Source: Gemmatimonadales bacterium (GTDB lineage Bacteria > Gemmatimonadota > Gemmatimonadetes > Gemmatimonadales > GWC2-71-9). From it: 64,000 nucleotides of DNA. Shown piece by piece: positions 38,295 through 47,391 of the stretch. Made by a program: the position numbers and the translations under genes. Within the stretch, counting starts at the first letter, position 1. Every line of letters starts with the position of its first letter. Where the stretch lies: positions 608,001 to 672,000 of the forward strand of contig JBBCJC010000002.1 in the NCBI GenBank assembly GCA_037189525.1, read 5' to 3'. The notes beneath the pieces were generated by a model. The model searched no databases. It was not told the DNA's origin and worked only from the letters and a program-made list of their open reading frames with translations.

Positions 38295-39881
38295 TCAGGG
38301 CTTGGTCACCTCCATCGGCGGGACCTGCGCCAGCAGTTGCCGCTGGGTCGGGCTCCGCTTCAGGTACTCCATGGCCGTCTGCAGCTGGCGATCGTACTTG
38401 ATCGACCGCCGGAACCAGGCCGAGTCACCGAAGGCCAGACGCGAAGTCCACCGCTCGAGTTCGCGGTCGACCAGGGCCGAGCCGTTGTCGAACTGATCGC
38501 GGGTCACCGGCACTTTGGCGGCCTGCAGCTTCTTCCAGACCGTTTCCCGCCAGGCGGGCTGCACCGCAAAATCCGGCTTGACCGAACCCTTGAGGTCGAG
38601 ACTGGTCGAATAAAGGGCGATGTACCACTGCGACTGATGCGTACCAAACGCCCGCGCCAGATTCCGCTCCGGATCGGTCAGCGTATCCGACTGGACCACC
38701 ACGTCCGGCGTGATGCCGCCGCCGCCGAGAATCGAGCGTCCGGCGTCGGACTTGAAGACCGGGCGCTGCCGAGTCGAGTCGGTCTGTCCCGGTTCCTCGG
38801 CGTACTCGACGAAGCGCTCATCGCCCAGGCGATCGTGGTCGGCCTGAATCGACCGTCCGCTCGGCGTGTACCACTTGCCGGTGGTGATCTTCATGGCCCA
38901 GCCGCCGTCGAGCGGATAGAGCGTCTGCACCAGCCCTTTGCCGAACGAGGTCGTGCCGACGACCAGCGCGCGGTCGTGGTCCTGCAGGCTGCCCGCTACG
39001 ATCTCCGAAGCCGAGGCGCTGTAGCCGTCGACCAGCACGGCGACCGGCATCGAGTCGACCACCGAGGTTCGGGTTGCTCGGTAGACCTCGGGCGTCCGTC
39101 CGCGATGCCGCACGCTCGCCAGTTCCTGGCCGGGGCGGAAGAAGAGATTGCCGATTTCGAGGGCCTGTTCCAGGCTGCCACCGCCGTTGCCGCGCACGTC
39201 GATGATGAAGGCGCGGGCGCCCTGCTGCTTCAGGGTCTGCAGCGACCGTTCGACATCCTGGGCGGCCGACTCATTGAAGCTCTGGAGCGGGATGTAGCCG
39301 ACGCCGCCGTCGAGTACCAGCGAATACGGCACGGCTGGTACCCGCACCACCGCGCGCTTGAAGGTGGTGTGAATCGGCTCGGGCTGGCCGGGCCGCTGGA
39401 AGATCACTTTGACTTCGGTGCCCGGCGTGCCCAGCAAGCGCTGCGAGACCTGTTCGAGCCGGAGACCGGTAACCGGAACCGAATCGACGCTGACGATCCG
39501 GTCGCCGGCGAGCACGCCGCCTTTTTCGCTCGGTGCGTTGGGGAAGACCCGCGCCACGATGATGGCGCCGTCCTGGCTTTCGATCTGCATTCCGACGCCC
39601 GCGTAGTTGTTGCGCAGGGTCTGGCGCTGGAACGAGGCCAGTTCTTCGGGAGAATAGAGATCGGCGTACGGATCGTTCAGCTGCTTGACGAGGCCGCGCG
39701 CTGCCCGTTCGAAAATCGCAGCACGGGCCAGTGAATCGACGGCACTTTCTTCGATCCGCTGGATTACCTGTGAAAAGAGCCGAGCCCCGTCGCCGGCAGA
39801 TTGACTCTGCTGAACGAACGCGCCGATCCCCAGGGGAAGGCTCAGGACAACGGCTGCGGCCAGCCAATGGCGACGTCGCAT
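38295..39881 (-). CDS. S41A C-terminal processing peptidase (CtpA/Prc family) with PDZ
   Basis: GVGMQI PDZ, DVRGNGGG, SASASEIVAG, SFGKG, KWYTPSG, GGITPDV. Confidence 0.95.
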   Translation of the reverse strand: MRRRHWLAAAVVLSLPLGIGAFVQQSQSAGDGARLFSQVIQRIEESAVDSLARAAIFERAARGLVKQLNDPYADLYSPEELASFQRQTLRNNYAGVGMQIESQDGAIIVARVFPNAPSEKGGVLAGDRIVSVDSVPVTGLRLEQVSQRLLGTPGTEVKVIFQRPGQPEPIHTTFKRAVVRVPAVPYSLVLDGGVGYIPLQSFNESAAQDVERSLQTLKQQGARAFIIDVRGNGGGSLEQALEIGNLFFRPGQELASVRHRGRTPEVYRATRTSVVDSMPVAVLVDGYSASASEIVAGSLQDHDRALVVGTTSFGKGLVQTLYPLDGGWAMKITTGKWYTPSGRSIQADHDRLGDERFVEYAEEPGQTDSTRQRPVFKSDAGRSILGGGGITPDVVVQSDTLTDPERNLARAFGTHQSQWYIALYSTSLDLKGSVKPDFAVQPAWRETVWKKLQAAKVPVTRDQFDNGSALVDRELERWTSRLAFGDSAWFRRSIKYDRQLQTAMEYLKRSPTQRQLLAQVPPMEVTKP

Positions 39882-40047
39882 GTTTCGAATCGCTCCCATC
39901 CAGGACAAAAAAGCGCCGGAGCGGCGCTCACTGTTATTAACCGTGCATCCTTCGGGCCACCCTGACACGGTAAATCCTACGAACTAACTAACCAGAAAAT
40001 CGGGCGTTCGACAACCCGTGACCGACCGGCGGGAAGGGAAAGAGCCG

Positions 40048-40077
40048 GAGGGGGATCGGTGGTGCATGATCCCCCTC
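40048..40077 (-). terminator. Hairpin after the HEAT-protein operon
   Basis: gagggggatc/gatccccctc perfect 10-bp stem. Confidence 0.6.
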
Positions 40078-40122
40078 TCGATACTCTACGGATGACGGCG
40101 GGAAAATGTTCGGGAATGGAGC

Positions 40123-40914
40123 TCAGGGCTTGGTCAGGATGTCCTCGAACAAGGCCAGTGCTCGCGGGTCGTCCGACTGACCGAGCCAGAACATTGCCTT
40201 CCGCCGGACCTCCGGGTTCGGATTGGATCGGGCGACCCGGAGCAGAATGGGAACTCCTTGGTCCTTCGGCAGTTGCGAGATGGCAAAGACGGCGTGTTCC
40301 CGGACATCGCGGTCGTCGCCCTCGTCCGTGGCGATCCGTTCGAGGCCTTCTGCCGCCTTGTCGCCCGCGGCCTGACTGAGCCAGAACACGGCATTTTTTC
40401 GGCTCGAAGACGCCACCTGCCGGTCTTTGGCCAGGTCGAGCAATTCCGGCCACAACGTCACGCTGTCGGCGAGGGTGGCCGGGAAGATCAGATCGTTACC
40501 CTTACCGTAGCTTTTTCGAGCCAGGCTCAGCAGCCCGCGGGCCGCGTCGGCGGCGCCGATCTGGCCCAGGTCGGTGACCCGCTCATTGGAGGGGCTCCAT
40601 GCGCCCCCGACGAAGGTGCGGACCGATCGAATCTCGCCGTCCTGGACCCGGAGTCGGATGCGGACCGGGCCCTCTTCGCACGGGCGGGAACGCCAGCCGC
40701 GCCAGTCGCCGGAGATGTTCACGTTGTGGTCCCGATTGTGATCGCGGATGAAGGTGGCGCCATCACCGCAGACCCCTTCCCGTGCTGCGAACATGATCCG
40801 GACCTCGCCGTTGGGCGCGGCGGCAATGCGCGACGGCAGATTCTGCGCACCGAGCTCAGCGCCAGTCAGCATGGCGGCGGCGAGACCGGCCGTGATCCAT
40901 TTGCGTGTCGTCAT
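40123..40914 (-). CDS. Secreted HEAT-repeat protein
   Basis: Signal peptide; N-terminal domain with two Cys; three repeats FWLSQ, FAISQ, FWLGQ. Confidence 0.82.
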   Translation of the reverse strand: MTTRKWITAGLAAAMLTGAELGAQNLPSRIAAAPNGEVRIMFAAREGVCGDGATFIRDHNRDHNVNISGDWRGWRSRPCEEGPVRIRLRVQDGEIRSVRTFVGGAWSPSNERVTDLGQIGAADAARGLLSLARKSYGKGNDLIFPATLADSVTLWPELLDLAKDRQVASSSRKNAVFWLSQAAGDKAAEGLERIATDEGDDRDVREHAVFAISQLPKDQGVPILLRVARSNPNPEVRRKAMFWLGQSDDPRALALFEDILTKP

Positions 40915-40929
40915 GGGAGTCGTCTCCGT

Positions 40930-42324
40930 TCACGGCTTCGACAGCAGTTCTTCCAGGAACTCGGCCACTCGCGGATCGCGCGACTGCGAAAGCCAGAAGA
41001 TGGCCTTCTTGCGCAGCTCCGGTTCGTTGTCGCTGCGGGCGATCTCGATCAGCTTGTCGACGGCGCCTCGCTCCCTGCGCTGCGAGTAGGCAAAGATCAG
41101 CTGCTCCCGGATGGCGCGTTCGTCGATCTGGTTGTACAGCGCAAAGAGTTCGGGCAGGCCGGTGCCGCCGGACTGGCTGATCCAGAAGATGGCGCGCTTC
41201 CGAATCTCGAGATCCTCGCGGTTGTCCCGGGCAATGTTCAGCAGCCAGGCCTGGGCTTCGGTGCCGCCCTGCTGCGAGACGGCAAAGACGATTTTGTCCT
41301 TGATGGCGCGTTCGGACGACGACCGGAAAATCCCCTGCAGGAACTCGATGTTGTTGCCGCCGCCGGTCTGGCCGAGCCAGAAGATGGCGCTCTCGCGCAG
41401 CTTGGTCGGCGCGCCGGTGCGGACGGCATAGTCGCGGAGCGCGCGATTGGCGTTGGTCGAGCCGATCTGCGACAGGGCAAAGATCGCCTTGTCCTGCACG
41501 GCGGCGTCGCTGGAGGATTTGAGCAGCGAGTCGAGCGCAGCAACCGCCCGGTCGCCCCCGGCCTGCCCCAGCCAGAAGACGGCCTGCTCCCGCACCTCGG
41601 CGTCCGGATCGGAGCGGACCGCATCGAGCAGCATGGTTTCGGAGCCGCGCTGCTGCGAAATCAGGAAGACCGCGCGGCGCCGGAGGCAGGTCGAGGCGTC
41701 GTCGCGCCGGGCCATGATCTTCTGGAGGATCGGCATGGCGCGATCGGAGTCCATCTGCAGCAGCGCATCCAGCGCCGCCACCCGCTCATCATTGCGCTGC
41801 TCCCGGCAGGCAGACTTGCTCACCGAGCGTCCTCGATCCCGCTCGGCGCGGGCCCGGGCAGCGTCCCGCTCGGCGTCCGCCTGCTGCGTGGTGGCTTCGG
41901 CCAGGGCCTGGACCTCGGATGCCGCCCGGGCGTCGCCCCGCTGTGCCAGCTGGGCATTGACGCGGGCCAACAGTGTGGTGGCATCGTCCCGGGTCCGAGC
42001 GTTCGGATGGGCCGCCCGCTGGGCCATCAGAGCGGTCCGGGCCGCCTCGAGGCTCGCATTGGTGCCGTTCCGGTACTGCGCCCAGGCCTCCCAGTAGTAC
42101 GAGTCGGCCGCGTAGCTCGAGCGCGGATGACGGCCGTAGACCTCGGCGAACAGATAGGCCGCCCGGGTGTAGCTGCCGCGGTTGAGCGCGGAGCGGCCTT
42201 CGCGGTAGAGAGAGTCGGCCGGATCCTGGGCTGCCCAGGCGGCGGGCGGACCGCCCGCGCCGTCGGGGAATTGGGCCAGGCCCGGCAGGGCGGCCGCGAT
42301 CGCCAGTATGGTGATGAAGCGCAT
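40930..42324 (-). CDS. Secreted TPR + HEAT-repeat protein
   Basis: Signal peptide; TPR-like LYREG...ADSYYWEAW; eight FxxSQ/GQ repeats of about 32-33 aa. Confidence 0.85.
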   Translation of the reverse strand: MRFITILAIAAALPGLAQFPDGAGGPPAAWAAQDPADSLYREGRSALNRGSYTRAAYLFAEVYGRHPRSSYAADSYYWEAWAQYRNGTNASLEAARTALMAQRAAHPNARTRDDATTLLARVNAQLAQRGDARAASEVQALAEATTQQADAERDAARARAERDRGRSVSKSACREQRNDERVAALDALLQMDSDRAMPILQKIMARRDDASTCLRRRAVFLISQQRGSETMLLDAVRSDPDAEVREQAVFWLGQAGGDRAVAALDSLLKSSSDAAVQDKAIFALSQIGSTNANRALRDYAVRTGAPTKLRESAIFWLGQTGGGNNIEFLQGIFRSSSERAIKDKIVFAVSQQGGTEAQAWLLNIARDNREDLEIRKRAIFWISQSGGTGLPELFALYNQIDERAIREQLIFAYSQRRERGAVDKLIEIARSDNEPELRKKAIFWLSQSRDPRVAEFLEELLSKP

Positions 42325-42341
42325 GGGTGATGTCTCCAGAT

Positions 42342-42986
42342 CTATAGGGTCAAGCCACCCGGTCCGGCCGGCACCGCGTGGCGGAGCCGGGGACGGATGG
42401 CACGGTTGGACAGGTTCTCGTCGATCAGGTCCCGGTCGATCTGCGAGCCGTTGCCGTCGAGCTGGGCCACCTGGACCAGGAGTGTCTCGAGATCGGTGAG
42501 CAGCGCGCGGATGGCCGGATCGGTCAGTCGCTTGGAGTCGAGCAGGAGCTGGGTCTTGGTCAGCAGGCCCCGGGCGTTGAGGGCGATTTCGCGCTCATTG
42601 CCGGAGTCGAGGTCGGTCAACAGGGCTTCGATCTGGCCCAGGTGCTCGACGGCGGCGTAGTGCATCACCCGCTCGCCGCGGCGGTCGAGGTCGGCAGCGG
42701 CCTGATCGGCCGTGATCGGCCTGGTCAGGTCGGCCGAGACCCAGCGTCCGATCCCCACGCCCAGGATCAGGACCGCCGCGAGGGCCGCGACCGCGCCGAC
42801 CCATCGGATCCGCCGGCGGCGAGCCGCTTCCAGGTCGAACACCGGGACCGAGCCCCCGGCCCGGGCTGCCCGCCGCTGGGCCTGGATATGAGTCCAGATC
42901 TCTTCCCGGGGGGTCGTTGGAGGCTCCCGGAACCCGCGGGCCAGGTCGGCCAGTTTCGGGTCGAGTTCATCGCGATCATCGGTCAT
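42342..42986 (-). CDS. Single-pass anti-sigma factor (putative)
   Basis: PPTTPREEIW, basic patch plus TM AALAAVLILGVGIGR, helical C-terminal domain; ATGA overlap with the sigma gene. Confidence 0.8.
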   Translation of the reverse strand: MTDDRDELDPKLADLARGFREPPTTPREEIWTHIQAQRRAARAGGSVPVFDLEAARRRRIRWVGAVAALAAVLILGVGIGRWVSADLTRPITADQAAADLDRRGERVMHYAAVEHLGQIEALLTDLDSGNEREIALNARGLLTKTQLLLDSKRLTDPAIRALLTDLETLLVQVAQLDGNGSQIDRDLIDENLSNRAIRPRLRHAVPAGPGGLTL

Positions 42987-43528
42987 TGTGTCACCCATCC
43001 TCCCGCAAATGCCGCCAATGCCTGCCGCAGCTTCGATCGGGCCCGGCTCAACTGGGCCTTCGAGGTGCCTTCCTGAATCCCCAGCGAGCTGGCGATCTCG
43101 CTGTGGGTGTACCCCTCGACGTCGTGCATCACGAACACGGTCCGATACCCGTCCGGCAGCCCCGCCACGGCGCGATCCAGGCTCACCTTGAGGTCCGGCT
43201 CGCCGTGAGGCAAGGCGGGCACCGGGATCTCGACCAGCTCGAAGTCGACGCTGTTCGCCCGGAATCGCTTGGTCTTCCGGAGCGCGTTGTAGATCACCGA
43301 GTACGCCACGCTGGTGATCCAGGTCGACAGGGCCGCCTCGCCGCGGAAGGTGGCCAGCCGGTCGAAGACCCGGATGAACGCCTCCTGGGTACAGTCGGCC
43401 GCCAGCTCCGAGTCGCCGGTCAGCCTGAACGCGAGCCGGTACACCCGGTCCACGTGCAGGTCGTACAGCTCCCGCTCGGCAAGGGGGTCGCCACCCAGGA
43501 CTCGGCTGACCAGGTCAGTAACGCTCAC
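42983..43528 (-). CDS. ECF RNA polymerase sigma-70 factor
   Basis: DCTQEAFIR, FRGEAALSTW, LPDGYRTVFVMHDVEGYTHSEIA, GTSKAQLSRAR; GTG with ggag RBS. Confidence 0.95.
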   Translation of the reverse strand: MSVTDLVSRVLGGDPLAERELYDLHVDRVYRLAFRLTGDSELAADCTQEAFIRVFDRLATFRGEAALSTWITSVAYSVIYNALRKTKRFRANSVDFELVEIPVPALPHGEPDLKVSLDRAVAGLPDGYRTVFVMHDVEGYTHSEIASSLGIQEGTSKAQLSRARSKLRQALAAFAGGWVTQ

Positions 43529-43572
43529 GAGACTCCGCAATCGAGGTAGCGAACCCGCCATTACGACCCTAT

Positions 43573-43599
43573 GACAGGATCCTGAATGGAAAGGTTGCG
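43573..43599 (-). promoter_or_regulatory. Candidate autoregulated ECF promoter
   Basis: CGCAAC-N17-TGTC upstream of the sigma gene. Confidence 0.5.
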
Positions 43600-43654
43600 T
43601 GGCCTGGTTGGACCAGGTACACAGGCCGGTCAAACATGGTAGTCAAACATTGGG

Positions 43655-43689
43655 TTGATAATTGAATGAATGAATCATTTATTATTGTA
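43655..43689. promoter_or_regulatory. AT-rich TetR promoter/operator
   Basis: Near-palindrome TGAATGA-A-TCATTTA within an AT-rich stretch before the TetR gene. Confidence 0.55.
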
Positions 43690-44454
43690 ATGGCAAGATC
43701 GAAAGCACCAGGGAGACTGGACGACATCACCGCTGCGGCACTGTGGGCCTTTGCCGACGCCGGCTACGACCGGACCAAGATCGCGCATGTCGCTGCCAGA
43801 GCTGGAGTTGGGCCAGGGACGGTCTATCTCTACGCCAAAGACAAAGAGGCGCTCTTCGAGCTCGTGCTGCTCCGGGCGCTCGAAAGTCCCGTCGTTTCCC
43901 ATCCCAGCCTGCCCTATCGGAAGACCGATCGAGCCGCCCGGAGCCGATTGATCGATGAATGCCTCCACGAAGTGGCGCACTTTCCTCAGCTGTGGATCGG
44001 GAGTCAGCGACGCCGCTACGACGGCGCCCGAGAGGAGTATGTAGGGATACTACTCGAAATGGCCCGGTGGTTCCGCCGCTATCGGGCGGCGATCCTGCTC
44101 GCGCAACGCAACCGGTACGACTGGCCCGAGCTGTTCGAGGCGTTCGACCGCGTGGTCTGGAGCGACGTGCAGCGCCGGCTGACGGGGTACCTGACCTCCC
44201 GGATGCGAGCCGGAGTTTTGGCCGTCGCCGGGGACCCTGGGCTGGTGGCGCGGTTCGCGGTCGACGCGCTGGTCTCGGGGCTGGTGGCCGGACCCGTATC
44301 CGGAAGCACTCCCGAACGTCCCGGCGACGATGAGGTCCTGGTTACCCTGATCAGCTCGGCGCTCCTGTCACCCTCGGCCGGCCAACCGCTGGCTCGTCCT
44401 GCGGCCTCCGATGCGACCGGCTCCATCCAGCTGCTATCCGACGAGATCGACTGA
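43690..44454 (+). CDS. TetR/AcrR-family regulator
   Basis: FADAGYDRTKIAHVAARAGVGPGTVYLY..DKEALF HTH; start 43690 or 43666. Confidence 0.9.
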   Translation: MARSKAPGRLDDITAAALWAFADAGYDRTKIAHVAARAGVGPGTVYLYAKDKEALFELVLLRALESPVVSHPSLPYRKTDRAARSRLIDECLHEVAHFPQLWIGSQRRRYDGAREEYVGILLEMARWFRRYRAAILLAQRNRYDWPELFEAFDRVVWSDVQRRLTGYLTSRMRAGVLAVAGDPGLVARFAVDALVSGLVAGPVSGSTPERPGDDEVLVTLISSALLSPSAGQPLARPAASDATGSIQLLSDEID

Positions 44455-44478
44455 GGCGCAGGCTCAGCCGAGACCCGT

Positions 44479-46113
44479 TCAGGGTACCTGCTGCCAGGTC
44501 CGGCCCATTCGGGCCAGGACGGCGGCGTAGAGTTCGATCCCATCCCAGAGGTTCTGGAGTCGAAGATTTTCGTTTTCGCCGTGCTGGTTGTTGTCGTGAT
44601 TCACGATCGGCAGGACGGCGAACTGGGCGCCCAGCACCTGGACGAACTCGGACAGGGGCAGGCTGCCGCCCAGGGTAGGTACCCGCATAATGGGCGTGCC
44701 GAGAAACTCATCGACGGCCGCCAGGAGAGCGCGGGAACCGGGGCCGTCGACCGCCGTTCGGGCTGAGGGATAGCCGCCGAGCCAGTTGAGGCGGATGATT
44801 CGGGGGTGGGCACGCCGGGTGGCCGAATCGGGTACCTCGGAGACGATATGGAAGCCCTGATCGCGGATGTGGCGTTCGACCACGCTGCGCACCCGCTCCG
44901 GCGTCTGATTGGGCACCAACCGGAAGTCCAGGTAGGCGGCGGCTTCCGGGACGATCACGTTGGCGCCGCCGCCGGCCGCGCGGCCACCGCTCAACCCGCT
45001 CATGTTGAGGGCCGGGAGGGCGATCTGCTCCGCGAGTGAAGCCGGGGCTCCCTCGGTGCGGCCGATCTGGATCTCCCCGGTCAGTTGCCGTTCGACCGCG
45101 GGAATCGAACCGAGCGCCTCGCGTTCCGCCGCAGACAGCGGCACCACGTCGTCCATGAATCCCGGAATCGTGATCCGGCCCTCGGTGTCCCGCATCGAGG
45201 CCAGCAGGTGGACCAGCATGGCATTGGCGTTGGGCGCCCAGTTGCCGTAGTGCCCGCTGTGCAGCGGACGAATCGGCCCGTACACGGTGAGGTCGAGTCC
45301 GGTGACACCGCGAACGCCGAAGACGGCCTGCGGTGCACGGGTCTGATGGACCGGGCCGTCGCCGAAGATCCAATAGTCGGCTTCGAGCAGGGCGCGATGC
45401 TTGGTGAGCATGGCGCGGAGGTTGGAAGAGCCTGCCTCTTCCTCGCCCTCGAAAAAGAACTTCAGGTTGACCGACAGCGGCATTCCGGCCGCCCGCAGCG
45501 CATCGATGGCATGCAGCACTGCGACGATCGGTCCTTTGTCGTCGCTCACCCCTCGGGCATAGAGGCGGGCCTCCGGGTCGAACCGTCCGTCGACTCCGGC
45601 CAGGTCGAGTCGTTTCGCTGCCGAGCCTGGAAATCCCGTGCGCAGGACGGGCTGCCACGGCGAACTGGCCCATCGGGTCGAGTCGACCGGCTGGCCATCG
45701 TAGTGGGCGTAGAACACCACGGTCCGGGTCGCGCCCGGGGTGCGCAGTTCGCCGTAGACGGCCGGAGGCGTATCGTCGAGCTCGAGAATCCTGGCCGAGA
45801 TGCCTCGGCGTTCCATCATCCCGACCAGGTGGCGGGCATTGGTGCGGATATCGTCGAGGTTGGAGGCCACGTTCGGGAGGGCGACGAAATCGGCGAGTTC
45901 CCGCACGATGGCGGCCTCGTGCCTGACCCGGTACTGGCGGATTTCGTTTCGGAGATCAGATTGCGCCGAGAGCGCGGCGCTCTGAGCGGCCAGGAGGAAG
46001 AGCGCGGCCCAGCCGCTCGTCCGTCCGGGCTGCCGGCCGATTCGAAACCGGCCCCGGAACGGGCTCGTACGCTGCGGGTGGTGCGCGATCGAGGCGCCGG
46101 TGGCATCATCCAT
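44479..46113 (-). CDS. M20/M25/M40 metallopeptidase, secreted
   Basis: YAHYDGQP, ARGVSDDKG, EGEEEAGS, HSGHYG, NQHGENEN; start uncertain. Confidence 0.9.
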   Translation of the reverse strand: MDDATGASIAHHPQRTSPFRGRFRIGRQPGRTSGWAALFLLAAQSAALSAQSDLRNEIRQYRVRHEAAIVRELADFVALPNVASNLDDIRTNARHLVGMMERRGISARILELDDTPPAVYGELRTPGATRTVVFYAHYDGQPVDSTRWASSPWQPVLRTGFPGSAAKRLDLAGVDGRFDPEARLYARGVSDDKGPIVAVLHAIDALRAAGMPLSVNLKFFFEGEEEAGSSNLRAMLTKHRALLEADYWIFGDGPVHQTRAPQAVFGVRGVTGLDLTVYGPIRPLHSGHYGNWAPNANAMLVHLLASMRDTEGRITIPGFMDDVVPLSAAEREALGSIPAVERQLTGEIQIGRTEGAPASLAEQIALPALNMSGLSGGRAAGGGANVIVPEAAAYLDFRLVPNQTPERVRSVVERHIRDQGFHIVSEVPDSATRRAHPRIIRLNWLGGYPSARTAVDGPGSRALLAAVDEFLGTPIMRVPTLGGSLPLSEFVQVLGAQFAVLPIVNHDNNQHGENENLRLQNLWDGIELYAAVLARMGRTWQQVP

Positions 46114-46141
46114 GGCAGTTACCGTCATCGAGAAAGCGGAC

Positions 46142-46513
46142 ATGGCCAATTCTTCCGACAAGAGTCGTGCGGTTACCCTGATTCTCGGCCTGACGCTCGG
46201 CGTGTTTGGTGCGCATCGTTTCTATGCCGGCAAGATCGGCACGGGACTGCTGATGCTGGCGACCGTCGGCGGCTGCGGCATCTGGTATCTGATCGACAAC
46301 GTCATGATCGCGACGGGCGGTTTCCGCGACGCCGACGGCAAGCTGATTTCCCGCTGGGAACCCGAAGGTGATACCCTGGGTACCGGCGTGCCGCAGGAGC
46401 TGCTCGACGAGATCTATGCGCTGCGCACCGAGGTCAACGAACTCCACGAGCGGGTCGAGTTCAACGAGCGCCTCCTGGCGGAACGGAGCGCGGACCGACC
46501 GGAAGATCGTTAG
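46142..46513 (+). CDS. TM2-domain membrane protein with C-terminal coiled coil
   Basis: LGVFGAHRFYAGKIGTG...GGCGIWYLID; ELHERVEFNERLL tail. Confidence 0.88.
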   Translation: MANSSDKSRAVTLILGLTLGVFGAHRFYAGKIGTGLLMLATVGGCGIWYLIDNVMIATGGFRDADGKLISRWEPEGDTLGTGVPQELLDEIYALRTEVNELHERVEFNERLLAERSADRPEDR

Positions 46514-47318
46514 GCACCGTTCCGGTCTGCTCGACGATAATCTGATCGCCCACCCGCAGGGTGCCCGTGCCGCGGTGCGCCACGTTCATGCCGAACATCA
46601 CGCCCTTGGTATGCTTGCGGAACCCGGCCAGGGCTCGGAGCGGTTCCTTGCTGCGCACGCCGGTATCCTGGTCGGTGGTGGTAATCGGGCAGCGGGCGCA
46701 CAGCTTGAGACCTTCGAAACGAATTCCCCCGACAGAAAAACCACGCCACTGATCCTCCGCGAAGGGAGCGCTGCCCCGCACCACGAGGTTGGGCCGGAAG
46801 CGGTTCATCGGCAGGGGCGTTTCGAGGCGGCGATTCAGGTCCTCCAGCGATGCCTCGCCGATCACCAGAAGCGGAAAACCGTCGGCGAAGCTCACCCGGG
46901 CACCGACCGGGTCGTATTCCGGATCGGTGCGGCGGAATCCGTCGTCCGGGATGTAGGCCAGTCGGAATGAGGCGCCGAGTGCCTGGCTGATCCATTCGGC
47001 GGCGGTGGCGCCCAGGTCGACGCCGTCGGTCACGTCGCCCCAGATCGTCATCCGGCGGGTCGGACTGCCGGGCGCCGGACGCGGTACGACGAGCGGTGCC
47101 AGGTTGGGGGCCGACAAGGTGACCGCCTCCTCCGACGGCACCGCGCCGATCATGCAGAGCTTCGGGATCTCCCGCTGGGTCACAAAGCCCCCATCGGCAT
47201 CGGTCACCATCCATCGCCGATCGTCCCTGGGTCCGAAATGGTCCAGGTCAACGTGGTCGAGTGACAGTCCCCGACCGCTCTTGAGCGGGTAGATGTGGAG
47301 TGAGGCGATGGTGATCAT
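46461..47318 (-). CDS. MOSC-domain protein (mARC/YcbX-like)
   Basis: IYPLKSG, DRRWM, FADGFP, RFRPNLVV, CARC. Confidence 0.93.
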   Translation of the reverse strand: MITIASLHIYPLKSGRGLSLDHVDLDHFGPRDDRRWMVTDADGGFVTQREIPKLCMIGAVPSEEAVTLSAPNLAPLVVPRPAPGSPTRRMTIWGDVTDGVDLGATAAEWISQALGASFRLAYIPDDGFRRTDPEYDPVGARVSFADGFPLLVIGEASLEDLNRRLETPLPMNRFRPNLVVRGSAPFAEDQWRGFSVGGIRFEGLKLCARCPITTTDQDTGVRSKEPLRALAGFRKHTKGVMFGMNVAHRGTGTLRVGDQIIVEQTGTVPNDLPVGPRSVPPGGAR

Positions 47319-47391
47319 CGAGGAGCGTTGGTTCGGAAGCAACGGAATGTAACCTCGACGCAGACGGACCGTCGAACGGTCCCGCACGGGA

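Noticed and set aside
46461..46513. 53-nt convergent overlap of MOSC and TM2 genes
   Set aside because: Short 3' read-through overlaps are common at high GC; the MOSC tail looks unconstrained.
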